Shown: in pieces, positions 8,140-15,262 of the stretch
Layout: each line of letters opens with the position of its first letter
Position numbering within the stretch: position 1 is the first letter of the stretch
From: Candidatus Limnocylindrales bacterium
GTDB lineage: Bacteria; Chloroflexota; Limnocylindria; Limnocylindrales; CSP1-4
Direction: 5' to 3'
NCBI GenBank assembly: GCA_046595595.1
Contig: JBKJOK010000194.1
Location: forward strand, 1-45,403
Length of the DNA stretch: 45,403 nucleotides
Notes under the pieces: model-generated
Told to the model about the DNA's origin: nothing
The model's database searches: none
The model's input: only the letters and a program-made list of their open reading frames with translations
Translations under genes and position numbers: made by a program

Positions 8140-10203
8140 TCAGATTGCGGCGGCGACCACCGGCTCGGCGGCCACCTCGACCGGGGCTGAGCTCGGCGTC
8201 GCACCGATGGCCGTCAGCGTCTCGCGCACCTGATCCGCCAGGCCGGCTGGATCGAGCCGCAGCAGGTGGCGCAGGTCCGCCACGGACCCGTGGTCCACGA
8301 ACGCGTCGCCGGGAATGCCCAGGATCCGGACCGGCACGTCGCGCAGGGCCGGCTCGGTGATGCGCGCCTCTTCGAGCGCCTCGAGGACGCCGGACCCGAA
8401 CCCGCCGATGACCACGCTCTCCTCGAACGTCACGACAAGGCGCTTGCCCCGTGCCTGGCCAACGATCAGGTCGCGATCCAGCGGCTTGGCGAATCGGGCG
8501 TTGACGACCCCGACCGACCAGCCGTCGACGGCGAGGAGGTCGGCCGCCTCGACGGCCCGGGCGACGATCGGCCCGAAGCCGACGAAGAGCAGATCCGCGC
8601 CCTCGCGCAGGACCTCGCCGCGTCCGACCGGGATCAGTGCCGGCTCGACGGCCGGGAGCCCGAAGCCCGGGTCACGCGGGTAGTGGAGGGCGAATGGGCG
8701 ATCCTGGCCCAGGGCGGTCACGAGCAGCGATCGGAGCTCCTGCTCGTCCTTGGGGCTGGCGATCACGAGGTTCGGGATCTGGCGCTGGGCCGACAACGTG
8801 AACATCCCCTGGTGGCTCGTCCCGTCCTCACCGACGAGCCCCGCCCGGTCGACCGCGATCAGGACCGGCTGGTCGTTCTGGCAGACGTCGTGGACCGTCT
8901 GGTCGAAGGCGCGCTGGAGGAACGTCGAGTAGAGCGCGACGACCGGCCGCATGCCGCCCATCGCGAGACCGGTCGCCAGGGCGACGGAATGCTGCTCGGC
9001 GATCCCGACGTCGATGAACCGGTCGGGGAACTCCGCCTGGAATGTCGAGAGGCCGGTCCCCGTCGGCATCCCGGCCGTGATCGCGACGATCCGCGGGTCG
9101 GTCCGGGCCTGCTCGATCAGCTGCTTGGCGAACACCGCCGTGTAGTTCGGGTTCTTGGCCGGTTTCGCGACGGCCGACGCCGGGGCGGCATCGTCGGCCA
9201 TGGACTCGGTCGGCATCGCCCGGGGCGGCTTCAGGGCCGGACCTGCGGTCGACGACTCGACCGGCGGCGGCGCGGACGGCAGGGCGATCGGCGGCAGAGC
9301 AGCCCCGTGGAAGCCGATCTGGTCGGCCTCGGCGGGCCGGAAGCCGCGGCCCTTCTGGGTCCGGACATGGACGAGGACCGGGCCCTTGAGCTCGAGCGCC
9401 TGCTGGAACGTCGACAGGAGCGCCTTCAGGTCGTGACCCGGGACCAGCCCGATGTACATGATCCCGAGGTCCTCGAACAGCCGGCCGTCCTGGGCGAAAT
9501 TCACGACCGACGCGCGCAGGCGCTGGCTGAGCTCCTTGACCGTGGGGCCGACCGCCGGGATCCGCCCGACGAATTCGTCGTACGCGTTCTTGCTCGACTG
9601 CCAGGTCCCCGACAGCTTGATCTGGCTCAGGTACTTCGACAGTCCGCCGACCGTCGGGCTGATCGACATCTCGTTGTCGTTGAGCACGATCAGGAGCTGC
9701 GTCCTGCGCTGGCCGATGTCGTTGAGGGCCTCCAGGCTCAGGCCGCTCGTGATCGCCGCGTCCCCGACGACGACCGCGATCCGCTCGCTGCTCTTGCGCA
9801 GGTCGCGGGCGGTGGCGAGGCCCTGCCCGATCGAGAGACCGGTGCCGGCGTGGCCGCCATCGAACACGTCGTGCTCGGACTCGCTTCGACGCGGGAAGCC
9901 GCCGACGCCACCGAGCGAGCGGAGCGTGTCGAACCGCGCGAACCGGCCGGTCAGGAGCTTGTGCGGATAGGCCTGGTGACCGGTGTCCCAGACGATCCGG
10001 TCGCGCGGCGACTCGAGGAGCCGATGCAGCGCGATCGTCAGCTCGACGACGCCGAGGCTGCTGCCGAGATGGCCGCCCGTCGTGGACACGGTCGCGATGA
10101 TCGTCTCGCGGATCTCGGCGGCGAGCTGCTCGAGCTGGGCCTCGGTGAGGCCGCGCAGGTCGGCTGGCCCGGTCAGGGTCGGGAGGATCGATGGGTTCGG
10201 CAC
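8140..10203 (-). CDS. dxs: 1-deoxy-D-xylulose-5-phosphate synthase
   Basis: 687 aa, GTG start. TGGHLGSSLGVVELTIALH, IVWDTGHQAYPHKLLTGR, GDAAITSGLSLEALN and DGTSHQGMFTLS motifs. Has an unusually long Pro/Ala-rich interdomain linker (about aa 301-352). Confidence 0.95.
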   Translation of the reverse strand: MPNPSILPTLTGPADLRGLTEAQLEQLAAEIRETIIATVSTTGGHLGSSLGVVELTIALHRLLESPRDRIVWDTGHQAYPHKLLTGRFARFDTLRSLGGVGGFPRRSESEHDVFDGGHAGTGLSIGQGLATARDLRKSSERIAVVVGDAAITSGLSLEALNDIGQRRTQLLIVLNDNEMSISPTVGGLSKYLSQIKLSGTWQSSKNAYDEFVGRIPAVGPTVKELSQRLRASVVNFAQDGRLFEDLGIMYIGLVPGHDLKALLSTFQQALELKGPVLVHVRTQKGRGFRPAEADQIGFHGAALPPIALPSAPPPVESSTAGPALKPPRAMPTESMADDAAPASAVAKPAKNPNYTAVFAKQLIEQARTDPRIVAITAGMPTGTGLSTFQAEFPDRFIDVGIAEQHSVALATGLAMGGMRPVVALYSTFLQRAFDQTVHDVCQNDQPVLIAVDRAGLVGEDGTSHQGMFTLSAQRQIPNLVIASPKDEQELRSLLVTALGQDRPFALHYPRDPGFGLPAVEPALIPVGRGEVLREGADLLFVGFGPIVARAVEAADLLAVDGWSVGVVNARFAKPLDRDLIVGQARGKRLVVTFEESVVIGGFGSGVLEALEEARITEPALRDVPVRILGIPGDAFVDHGSVADLRHLLRLDPAGLADQVRETLTAIGATPSSAPVEVAAEPVVAAAI

Positions 10204-10329
10204 GCGGTGTTCGGAGCTCCCTTGCGGTGAGTTGCGGTCGTGCGCGGATGGTCGCGCCTTCCGGGGATTCGTGCTGGGCGCCGCGCCGGATCGTTTCGAA
10301 TCCAGAACGTGTTCGCCAAAAGTAGCACG

Positions 10330-10358
10330 TTTATCGGCGTCCGGGAACAGCGTAGGAT
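10330..10358 (+). promoter_or_regulatory. Candidate promoter for the FAD oxidoreductase gene (TTTATC, 17 nt spacer, TAGGAT)
   Basis: AT-richer patch in the dxs/oxidoreductase divergent spacer. -10-like TAGGAT at 10353-10358, and GAGGAG RBS at 10376-10381, 8 nt before ATG 10390. Pattern match only. Confidence 0.3.
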
Positions 10359-10389
10359 GTCGGCCCAGGTCGTGCGAGGAGCCCAGTTG

Positions 10390-11811
10390 ATGACGAACGA
10401 TGCCGCCGTCGTGTCACGCGCAACGCTGCCGAGCGGCGCTCTGCTGCCCGGCGACCCGGGATACGACGAAGCCCGGATCTCGTTCAACGGGATGATCGAC
10501 CGGCGGCCGGCTGCAATCGTGCCGTGCGCCTCGACGGCCGATGTCGTGGTCGCCGTCCGGGCTGCCCGGGCCGCCGGCCTGCCGATCGCGATCCGCGGAG
10601 GCGGGCACAGCGTCGCCGGCCACGGCCTGGCCGACGGCGCCATCGTCGTCGATCTGCGCGCGATGCGAGCGGTGACCGTCGATCCGGAGCGGAGACTCGC
10701 GCGCGCTCAAGGCGGCGCCCTGTGGGAGGACGTCGATCCGGCCACGACGGCCCACGGCATGGCCACGACGGGCGGCACGTTCGGCGACACCGGCATCGGC
10801 GGGCTGACGCTGACCGGCGGGATCGGCTACCTGATGGGCACCCACGGCTTCACCTGCGACAACCTGGTCGCGGCGGAGGTTGTGACCGCGGACGGCGACG
10901 TCGTGACTGCAGGCCCGGATGGCGATCCGGAGCTGCTCTGGGCGCTCCGCGGGGGCGGCGGCAACTTCGGCGTCGTCACCGAGTTCGTCTACGCGATTCA
11001 TCCCCTGGGTCCCCTCCAGATGGGCGGAATTTCGGTCCCCCTCCGCCATGCCCGAGAGGCGCTGGCCGCTGCCGGCGCGCTCGCCCGATCCGCTCCACCC
11101 GAGGCGAACGTGTTCATCGTCGGGCCGACGGTCGACCTCGTCGACGGTGTCGCTCCCGATCCCGCGAGCGCGCCGCCGGTCGTCCGGATCGCGCTGGCGT
11201 TCCAGGGCTCGACAGAGGATGCCGAGGACTTCGTGCGACCGCTGCGCGCCCTGCCCGGGGCAGCGGGCAACATCGTGCCGGCCACCTACCAGGATCTCCA
11301 GGCGCGGACAGGGAAGCTTCCGTTCGGGCTCCGCCACTACTGGAAGGGACACTTCGTCCGGGAGCTCGATCCGCCCGCGATCGAGGCCGCGGTGACCGCG
11401 ATGGAGACCGCGCCGGCCGGCCATTCGTTCATGCTCCTCGAGGCGATCACGGGCCGGGCACGAAGCGAGTCCGCGGGGGGCTCGTCTTTCGGCCAGCGGG
11501 AGGCGCGCTGGAACGTGTCGGCCCTCGCGATCTGGGAGGACCCGGCCGACGACGACGCACATCGCGACTGGGCTCGTCGAATGGCGGACGGTCTGACCGG
11601 CTCCTCGTTGACCGGCGCCGGCTACATCAACTACTCGACCGAGGAGACACCCGATCGGGTCCGGGCGGCCTTCGGCGCCGAGCGCTGGGACCGGCTCGTG
11701 GCAGTGAAGCGGCACTACGACCCGGACAACGTCTTCCGCTTCAACCACAACATCGTCGGGACGACAGCCTCGCGGGGTTCGGCCTCGGACGTCCGAGAGT
11801 CCCACGCCTAG
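10390..11811 (+). CDS. FAD-binding oxidoreductase (PCMH-type FAD domain with BBE-like C-terminus)
   Basis: ORF 10240..11811 trimmed to ATG 10390 (MTNDAAV) behind GAGGAG. IVPCASTADVVVAVRAARAAGLPIAIRGGGHSVAGH is the FAD_binding_4 pattern. C-terminal VKRHYDPDNVFRFNHNI is BBE-like. Confidence 0.85.
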   Translation: MTNDAAVVSRATLPSGALLPGDPGYDEARISFNGMIDRRPAAIVPCASTADVVVAVRAARAAGLPIAIRGGGHSVAGHGLADGAIVVDLRAMRAVTVDPERRLARAQGGALWEDVDPATTAHGMATTGGTFGDTGIGGLTLTGGIGYLMGTHGFTCDNLVAAEVVTADGDVVTAGPDGDPELLWALRGGGGNFGVVTEFVYAIHPLGPLQMGGISVPLRHAREALAAAGALARSAPPEANVFIVGPTVDLVDGVAPDPASAPPVVRIALAFQGSTEDAEDFVRPLRALPGAAGNIVPATYQDLQARTGKLPFGLRHYWKGHFVRELDPPAIEAAVTAMETAPAGHSFMLLEAITGRARSESAGGSSFGQREARWNVSALAIWEDPADDDAHRDWARRMADGLTGSSLTGAGYINYSTEETPDRVRAAFGAERWDRLVAVKRHYDPDNVFRFNHNIVGTTASRGSASDVRESHA

Positions 11812-12104
11812 GCGTCGGCGGCCTCGTCGGGTGTGAAGTCGCGGGCCTCGAGCCCGCCACCCGGCCGGCTGATCAGCTGGCGGACGCGGAGCTCGGCCGC
11901 GCCGAGGAGCTTCTCGCAGTGACGCTGGAGTGCGACGGCGCGCTCGGTCCGGGCGATCGTCTCCTCGAGCGCGAGGCCGCCGGCCTCGAGCTCCGCGACG
12001 ACGGCCCGCAGCTCGGCGAAGGCGTCGTCGAACGAGAGGCTGGCGATCGACGGGTCGACCGGAGGCGTGGTCGTCGGGTCAGCGGTCGTCGGGTCAGCGG
12101 TCAT
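11808..12104 (-). CDS. xseB: Exodeoxyribonuclease VII small subunit
   Basis: ORF trimmed to ATG 12104 (MTADPTTADPTTTPPV). SFDDAFAELRAVVAELEAGGLALEETIARTERAVALQRHCEKLL is typical XseB. Lies downstream of xseA. Confidence 0.88.
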   Translation of the reverse strand: MTADPTTADPTTTPPVDPSIASLSFDDAFAELRAVVAELEAGGLALEETIARTERAVALQRHCEKLLGAAELRVRQLISRPGGGLEARDFTPDEAADA

Positions 12105-12225
12105 CCGGGTCCTCGTCGGCGCGGTCCAGCCAGCGGGTGATCCGGCCGGCAACGAGCATACCAATGCCCAGCCCGACGGCCAGGATCGCGATCGCGATGC
12201 CGACGTAGAGCGCGAGTCCGATCAT
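12094..12225 (-). CDS. Unannotated 43-codon ORF, predicted single-TM micro-protein between xseA and xseB
   Basis: My codon-by-codon translation gives MIGLALYVGIAIAILAVGLGIGMLVAGRITRWLDRADEDPDDR*. Its ATG overlaps the xseA stop (ATGA at 12222-12225) and its TGA lies 11 nt inside xseB. It fills an otherwise empty 117-nt gap. GC-rich third codon positions. Below the ORF-track length cut-off. Confidence 0.55.
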   Translation of the reverse strand: MIGLALYVGIAIAILAVGLGIGMLVAGRITRWLDRADEDPDDR

Positions 12226-13646
12226 CGCTCGGCGGCCGTCGCGGGCAGGTCGCCGCCGGCGAGGCGGATCGCGAGCGGCATCCCGGCCGGTGCCTCGGAC
12301 GGGTCGCGCAGGATCCGCTCGTCGGTTACCCGGCGGACGATCGCGTAGCCTCGCTCGAGGGTTGCCTGGGGATCCAGCACCGCCAGCGCCGATGCAGTCC
12401 CGTCGAGGGTGTGGCGGGCCGCCAGGAGGCGGGCGAGGACCGGGCGCGGGGCGGCGGCGGCGATTGCCTCGAGTGACGACCGGCGCCGAACAATCGCCCC
12501 GTCGGCGACCCGAACCGCCCGGTCGAGGAGGAGCCCGACGCGCTCCCGATCGGCAGCCAGCTGGGCCCGCGGATCGAGCCGGTCGAGGGCACGCCGTTCC
12601 GCTGCCAGCTCGCGACCGGCCGCGTCCAGGGTCCGGCCGACCGCTGCCGCGGTCCGCTCCCCTGCTCTGCGGAAGGCGGCCATCCAGTCGGACCGATCGG
12701 GGACGACAAGCTCGGCCGCCGCCGATGGGGTGGCAGCCCGGACGTCGGCAGCGAAGTCGGCGAGGGTCACGTCGACCTCGTGGCCGACCCCGCAGACGAC
12801 GGGCAGGGTGTGGGCCACAACCGCCCGGACGACGCGCTCATCGTTGAACGACCAGAGGTCCTCGAGCGATCCGCCGCCGCGGGCGAGGATCGTGACCTGC
12901 GGCAGGTCGGCGGCGCGGTCCTCGCGCGTCGCAGCGGCGATCCAGCGCTCGAGCCGGCCGAACGCCCGGACGATGCTCTCGGGCGCGTCGTCGCCCTGGA
13001 CCTTGCAGGCAACGAGAAGGACGCTCGTCATCGGCCAGCGCCGGGCCAGGACGGTGGCGATGTCGCGCCAGACGACGCCCGTCGGGCTGGTGATGACCGC
13101 AATCGTCGTCGGGCGCTGCGGGAGTGGGCGCTTGCGGGCCACCTCGAACAGGCCTTCGGCGGCGAGGCGCGCCTTGAGCGCCTCGAACCGGATCGCGAGG
13201 TCGCCGAAGCCCGCCGGCTGGATCGACTCGACGTAAAGCTGGACCGCGCCCTGCTGCTCGAACAGGTCGACCCGGCCGTGGACGACGATCCGCAGCCCGG
13301 CCTGGGGCTGGAATGCGGACCGGGCTCGCTCGTCACTGAACCAGACGCAGTTGAGGGTGCTGCGCGCGTCCTTGAGCGTGAAGTAGGCGTGGCCGGCGCT
13401 GCTCACCGTCACTCGACCGACCTCGCCCTCGACCCACACATCGGTCAGCCGAGGGTCAGATCGGACGGCTTCCCGGATCGCCCGGGTGACCTCGCTGACC
13501 GCCAGGATCCGGAGCCCGAACGTGCCGGGCGCGCCAGGATCCGCGAGCCCCTCCCGGGGCACGGACGGCGCCGCGACCGTGGGCGCGGCGGCCGGCGGTA
13601 CCGCGTCCCAGCCCGGAAGCAGGCCTCGATCGTCCATGCCGGTCAT
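12222..13646 (-). CDS. xseA: Exodeoxyribonuclease VII large subunit
   Basis: 474 aa. N-terminal OB-fold region (VWVEGEVGRVTVSSAGHAYFTLKD), then PTTIAVITSPTGVVWRDI and ILARGGGSLEDLWSFNDERVVRAV. Confidence 0.93.
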   Translation of the reverse strand: MTGMDDRGLLPGWDAVPPAAAPTVAAPSVPREGLADPGAPGTFGLRILAVSEVTRAIREAVRSDPRLTDVWVEGEVGRVTVSSAGHAYFTLKDARSTLNCVWFSDERARSAFQPQAGLRIVVHGRVDLFEQQGAVQLYVESIQPAGFGDLAIRFEALKARLAAEGLFEVARKRPLPQRPTTIAVITSPTGVVWRDIATVLARRWPMTSVLLVACKVQGDDAPESIVRAFGRLERWIAAATREDRAADLPQVTILARGGGSLEDLWSFNDERVVRAVVAHTLPVVCGVGHEVDVTLADFAADVRAATPSAAAELVVPDRSDWMAAFRRAGERTAAAVGRTLDAAGRELAAERRALDRLDPRAQLAADRERVGLLLDRAVRVADGAIVRRRSSLEAIAAAAPRPVLARLLAARHTLDGTASALAVLDPQATLERGYAIVRRVTDERILRDPSEAPAGMPLAIRLAGGDLPATAAER

Positions 13647-13715
13647 GGTAGCGGCGCGGCCAACGGAGATTGGGTGCCGGACACATTGGCCCGGCCAGGG
13701 GCCGGTCGACGACTG

Positions 13716-14273
13716 TCAGACCCGGGTCTGGTACTCCCCGGTCCGGGTGTCGACCCGGATCGTGTCGCCCTCCTCGATGAAGATCGGGACCGTGACCACG
13801 AGGCCGGTCTCGGTCGTGGCCGGCTTGCGGGCGCCGGTCTGCGTGTCGCCGGCGAAACCGGGCTCGGTCTCGCGCACCACGAGGTCGACGGTCACCGGCA
13901 GCTCCACACCGATCGTCTCGCCCTGGTAGCTCGTCCGGTCGAGCGTCATCCCGTCCTTCATGTAGTGGGCCGTCTCGCCGAGCATCTCGGTCGTGAGGAT
14001 GAACTGGTCGTAGGTGTCGTTGTCCATGAAGTGGTGGTCGTCGCCGTCCTTGTAGAGGAACTGGACGGGCCGTTTCTCCATCGACGCGCGCGGCCACTTC
14101 GTCCCGGCCTGGAAGCTGCGCTCCACGGTCTGGCCGCGCTTGATGTTGCGGAGAGTGATCCGGACCTGGGCCGAGCCGCGGCCCATCTTGATGTGGTGGT
14201 AGTCGAGAATCTGCCAGAGTTCGCCGTCGAGCTCGATGGCGACGCCCTTCTTCAGTTCGCCGGTGCTGATCAT
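13716..14273 (-). CDS. efp: Translation elongation factor P (Arg32 type)
   Basis: 185 aa. MISTGELKKGVAIELDGELWQILDYHHIKMGRGSAQVRITLRN aligns with the EF-P KOW domain. The loop-tip residue 32 is Arg (codon CGC at 14178-14180). AGGAG lies 13 nt upstream of the ATG. Confidence 0.95.
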   Translation of the reverse strand: MISTGELKKGVAIELDGELWQILDYHHIKMGRGSAQVRITLRNIKRGQTVERSFQAGTKWPRASMEKRPVQFLYKDGDDHHFMDNDTYDQFILTTEMLGETAHYMKDGMTLDRTSYQGETIGVELPVTVDLVVRETEPGFAGDTQTGARKPATTETGLVVTVPIFIEEGDTIRVDTRTGEYQTRV

Positions 14274-14358
14274 GTCGAGATGGGCTCCTGGGGAGGCCGG
14301 CCGGCGCCGAACGATGGCGGCGCAGCAGGACCGGCGGATGGGCTCGGTTCGGGCCGCG

Positions 14359-14364
14359 ATTGTA
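14359..14364 (-). promoter_or_regulatory. Candidate -10 box TACAAT upstream of efp
   Basis: Reverse complement of attgta at 14359-14364, about 85 nt upstream of the efp ATG. No convincing -35. Confidence 0.3.
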
Positions 14365-14439
14365 GCGGACGGTCCGGCCGGCCCGACTCAGCGACCTCGA
14401 GCCAAGCGGACCGCGCGACGAGACCGGCCGGGCGCGTTT

Positions 14440-14528
14440 GGTGCACCGACTGCATGAACGGACGTCCGGACGTCCGGCGTCGGCCCACGACGGACGTGAC
14501 CGCGCCTCCAGCCGTCATTCCGTGCACC
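14440..14528. repeat. Nested inverted-repeat cluster with an 18-bp perfect palindrome
   Basis: GGTGCAC (14440-14446) pairs with GTGCACC (14522-14528). ATGAACGG (14454-14461) pairs with CCGTCAT (14512-14518), leaving one bulged base. The central palindrome is CGGACGTCCGGACGTCCG (14459-14476). Confidence 0.6.
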
Positions 14529-14650
14529 CAACGCATCAGACGTCGTCCGAGCGCTGGCCCAGCCGTCGGTTGACCCACTCGGTGCATGATCCGCCGGCGG
14601 CGCGGGCTCAGCGGCCCGGGTCAATCGCCCGGCGATCCCGCACGCACGCG

Positions 14651-14782
14651 TCAGCGCTCCTGGGTCAACGACCGCAGGCGGACCTCGAATTCGGACGGCG
14701 AGATCTCGCCGCGGGAGTAGCGCCGCTTCAGCTCCGCGACGGCCGGGTCTTCACGGGCCGGCAGACGATAGCGCGCGGCGAC
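14651..14782 (-). other. SHOCT-domain coding segment lying in frame directly behind the TAG stop of the VOC gene, with no start codon of its own
   Basis: My codon-by-codon translation gives VAARYRLPAREDPAVAELKRRYSRGEISPSEFEVRLRSLTQER*. LKRRYSRGEISPSEFEVRLRSL fits the SHOCT pattern. There is no ATG, GTG or TTG before the domain. Confidence 0.5.
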
Positions 14783-15166
14783 CTACTTTGCGATCTCCCA
14801 GACGTGACCGGCCGGATCGCGGAACGTGGCCGTCCGGACGCCCCACGGCCGGTCGATCGGGCCGTTGAGGAGCTCGACTCCGCGTGTCCTCAGCTCCGCG
14901 CACATCGCGTCCACGTCGTCGACCTCGAGCGTCAGCTGGAAGCGGACGCCCGCCTCCGGGCGGGCGACGACGTCGGGCTCGACCAGCTCGGCCGCAGCGC
15001 TCGCGCTGAGCAGGTTGAGGAGCGTGTCGCCGAGCCTGAACACGACCGATTCGGGGTCCTCGAAGTGGACCGGCAAGTGGAAGACATCGAGGTAGAACTG
15101 GCGGGTCGCGGGCAGGTCCTCGACGAACAGGGTGAGAGCGGAGATCGGCCCGGGCCAGGAGGCCAT
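14783..15166 (-). CDS. VOC / glyoxalase-bleomycin resistance family protein
   Basis: 127 aa with a single beta-alpha-beta-beta-beta pair pattern. C-terminal GPIDRPWGVRTATFRDPAGHVWEI is typical of glyoxalase/VOC proteins. Confidence 0.8.
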   Translation of the reverse strand: MASWPGPISALTLFVEDLPATRQFYLDVFHLPVHFEDPESVVFRLGDTLLNLLSASAAAELVEPDVVARPEAGVRFQLTLEVDDVDAMCAELRTRGVELLNGPIDRPWGVRTATFRDPAGHVWEIAK

Positions 15167-15262
15167 GTCTGCACCTTGCTACGGGTCTGGACTGAGGTCA
15201 CCGATCAGACGACGGTCGGGCACGGAAGTCATCGGAGCGCCCACGCCGCCGGGACGCCGCGA

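Noticed and set aside
9148-9303. About 50-aa Pro/Ala-rich insertion in DXS as a novel domain
   Set aside because: It lies in the naturally variable linker between DXS domains I and II, is low complexity, and carries no motif. It is most likely only a long linker.
10286-10305. tRNA-like T-arm sequence (GATCGTTTCGAATCC)
   Set aside because: No complementary T-stem, acceptor stem or anticodon arm can be drawn around it. It is most likely a chance TTCGAA palindrome in a promoter region.
11808-11811. Overlapping convergent stop codons of the FAD oxidoreductase and xseB (shared CTAG)
   Set aside because: This is a real but trivial consequence of tight packing. No hairpin or regulatory element is evident at the junction.
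13691-13705. CCGGCC-AGG-GGCCGG hairpin after efp as an intrinsic terminator
   Set aside because: It has only a 6-bp stem and a 3-nt loop with no U-tract, so it cannot be distinguished from chance GC-rich self-complementarity.
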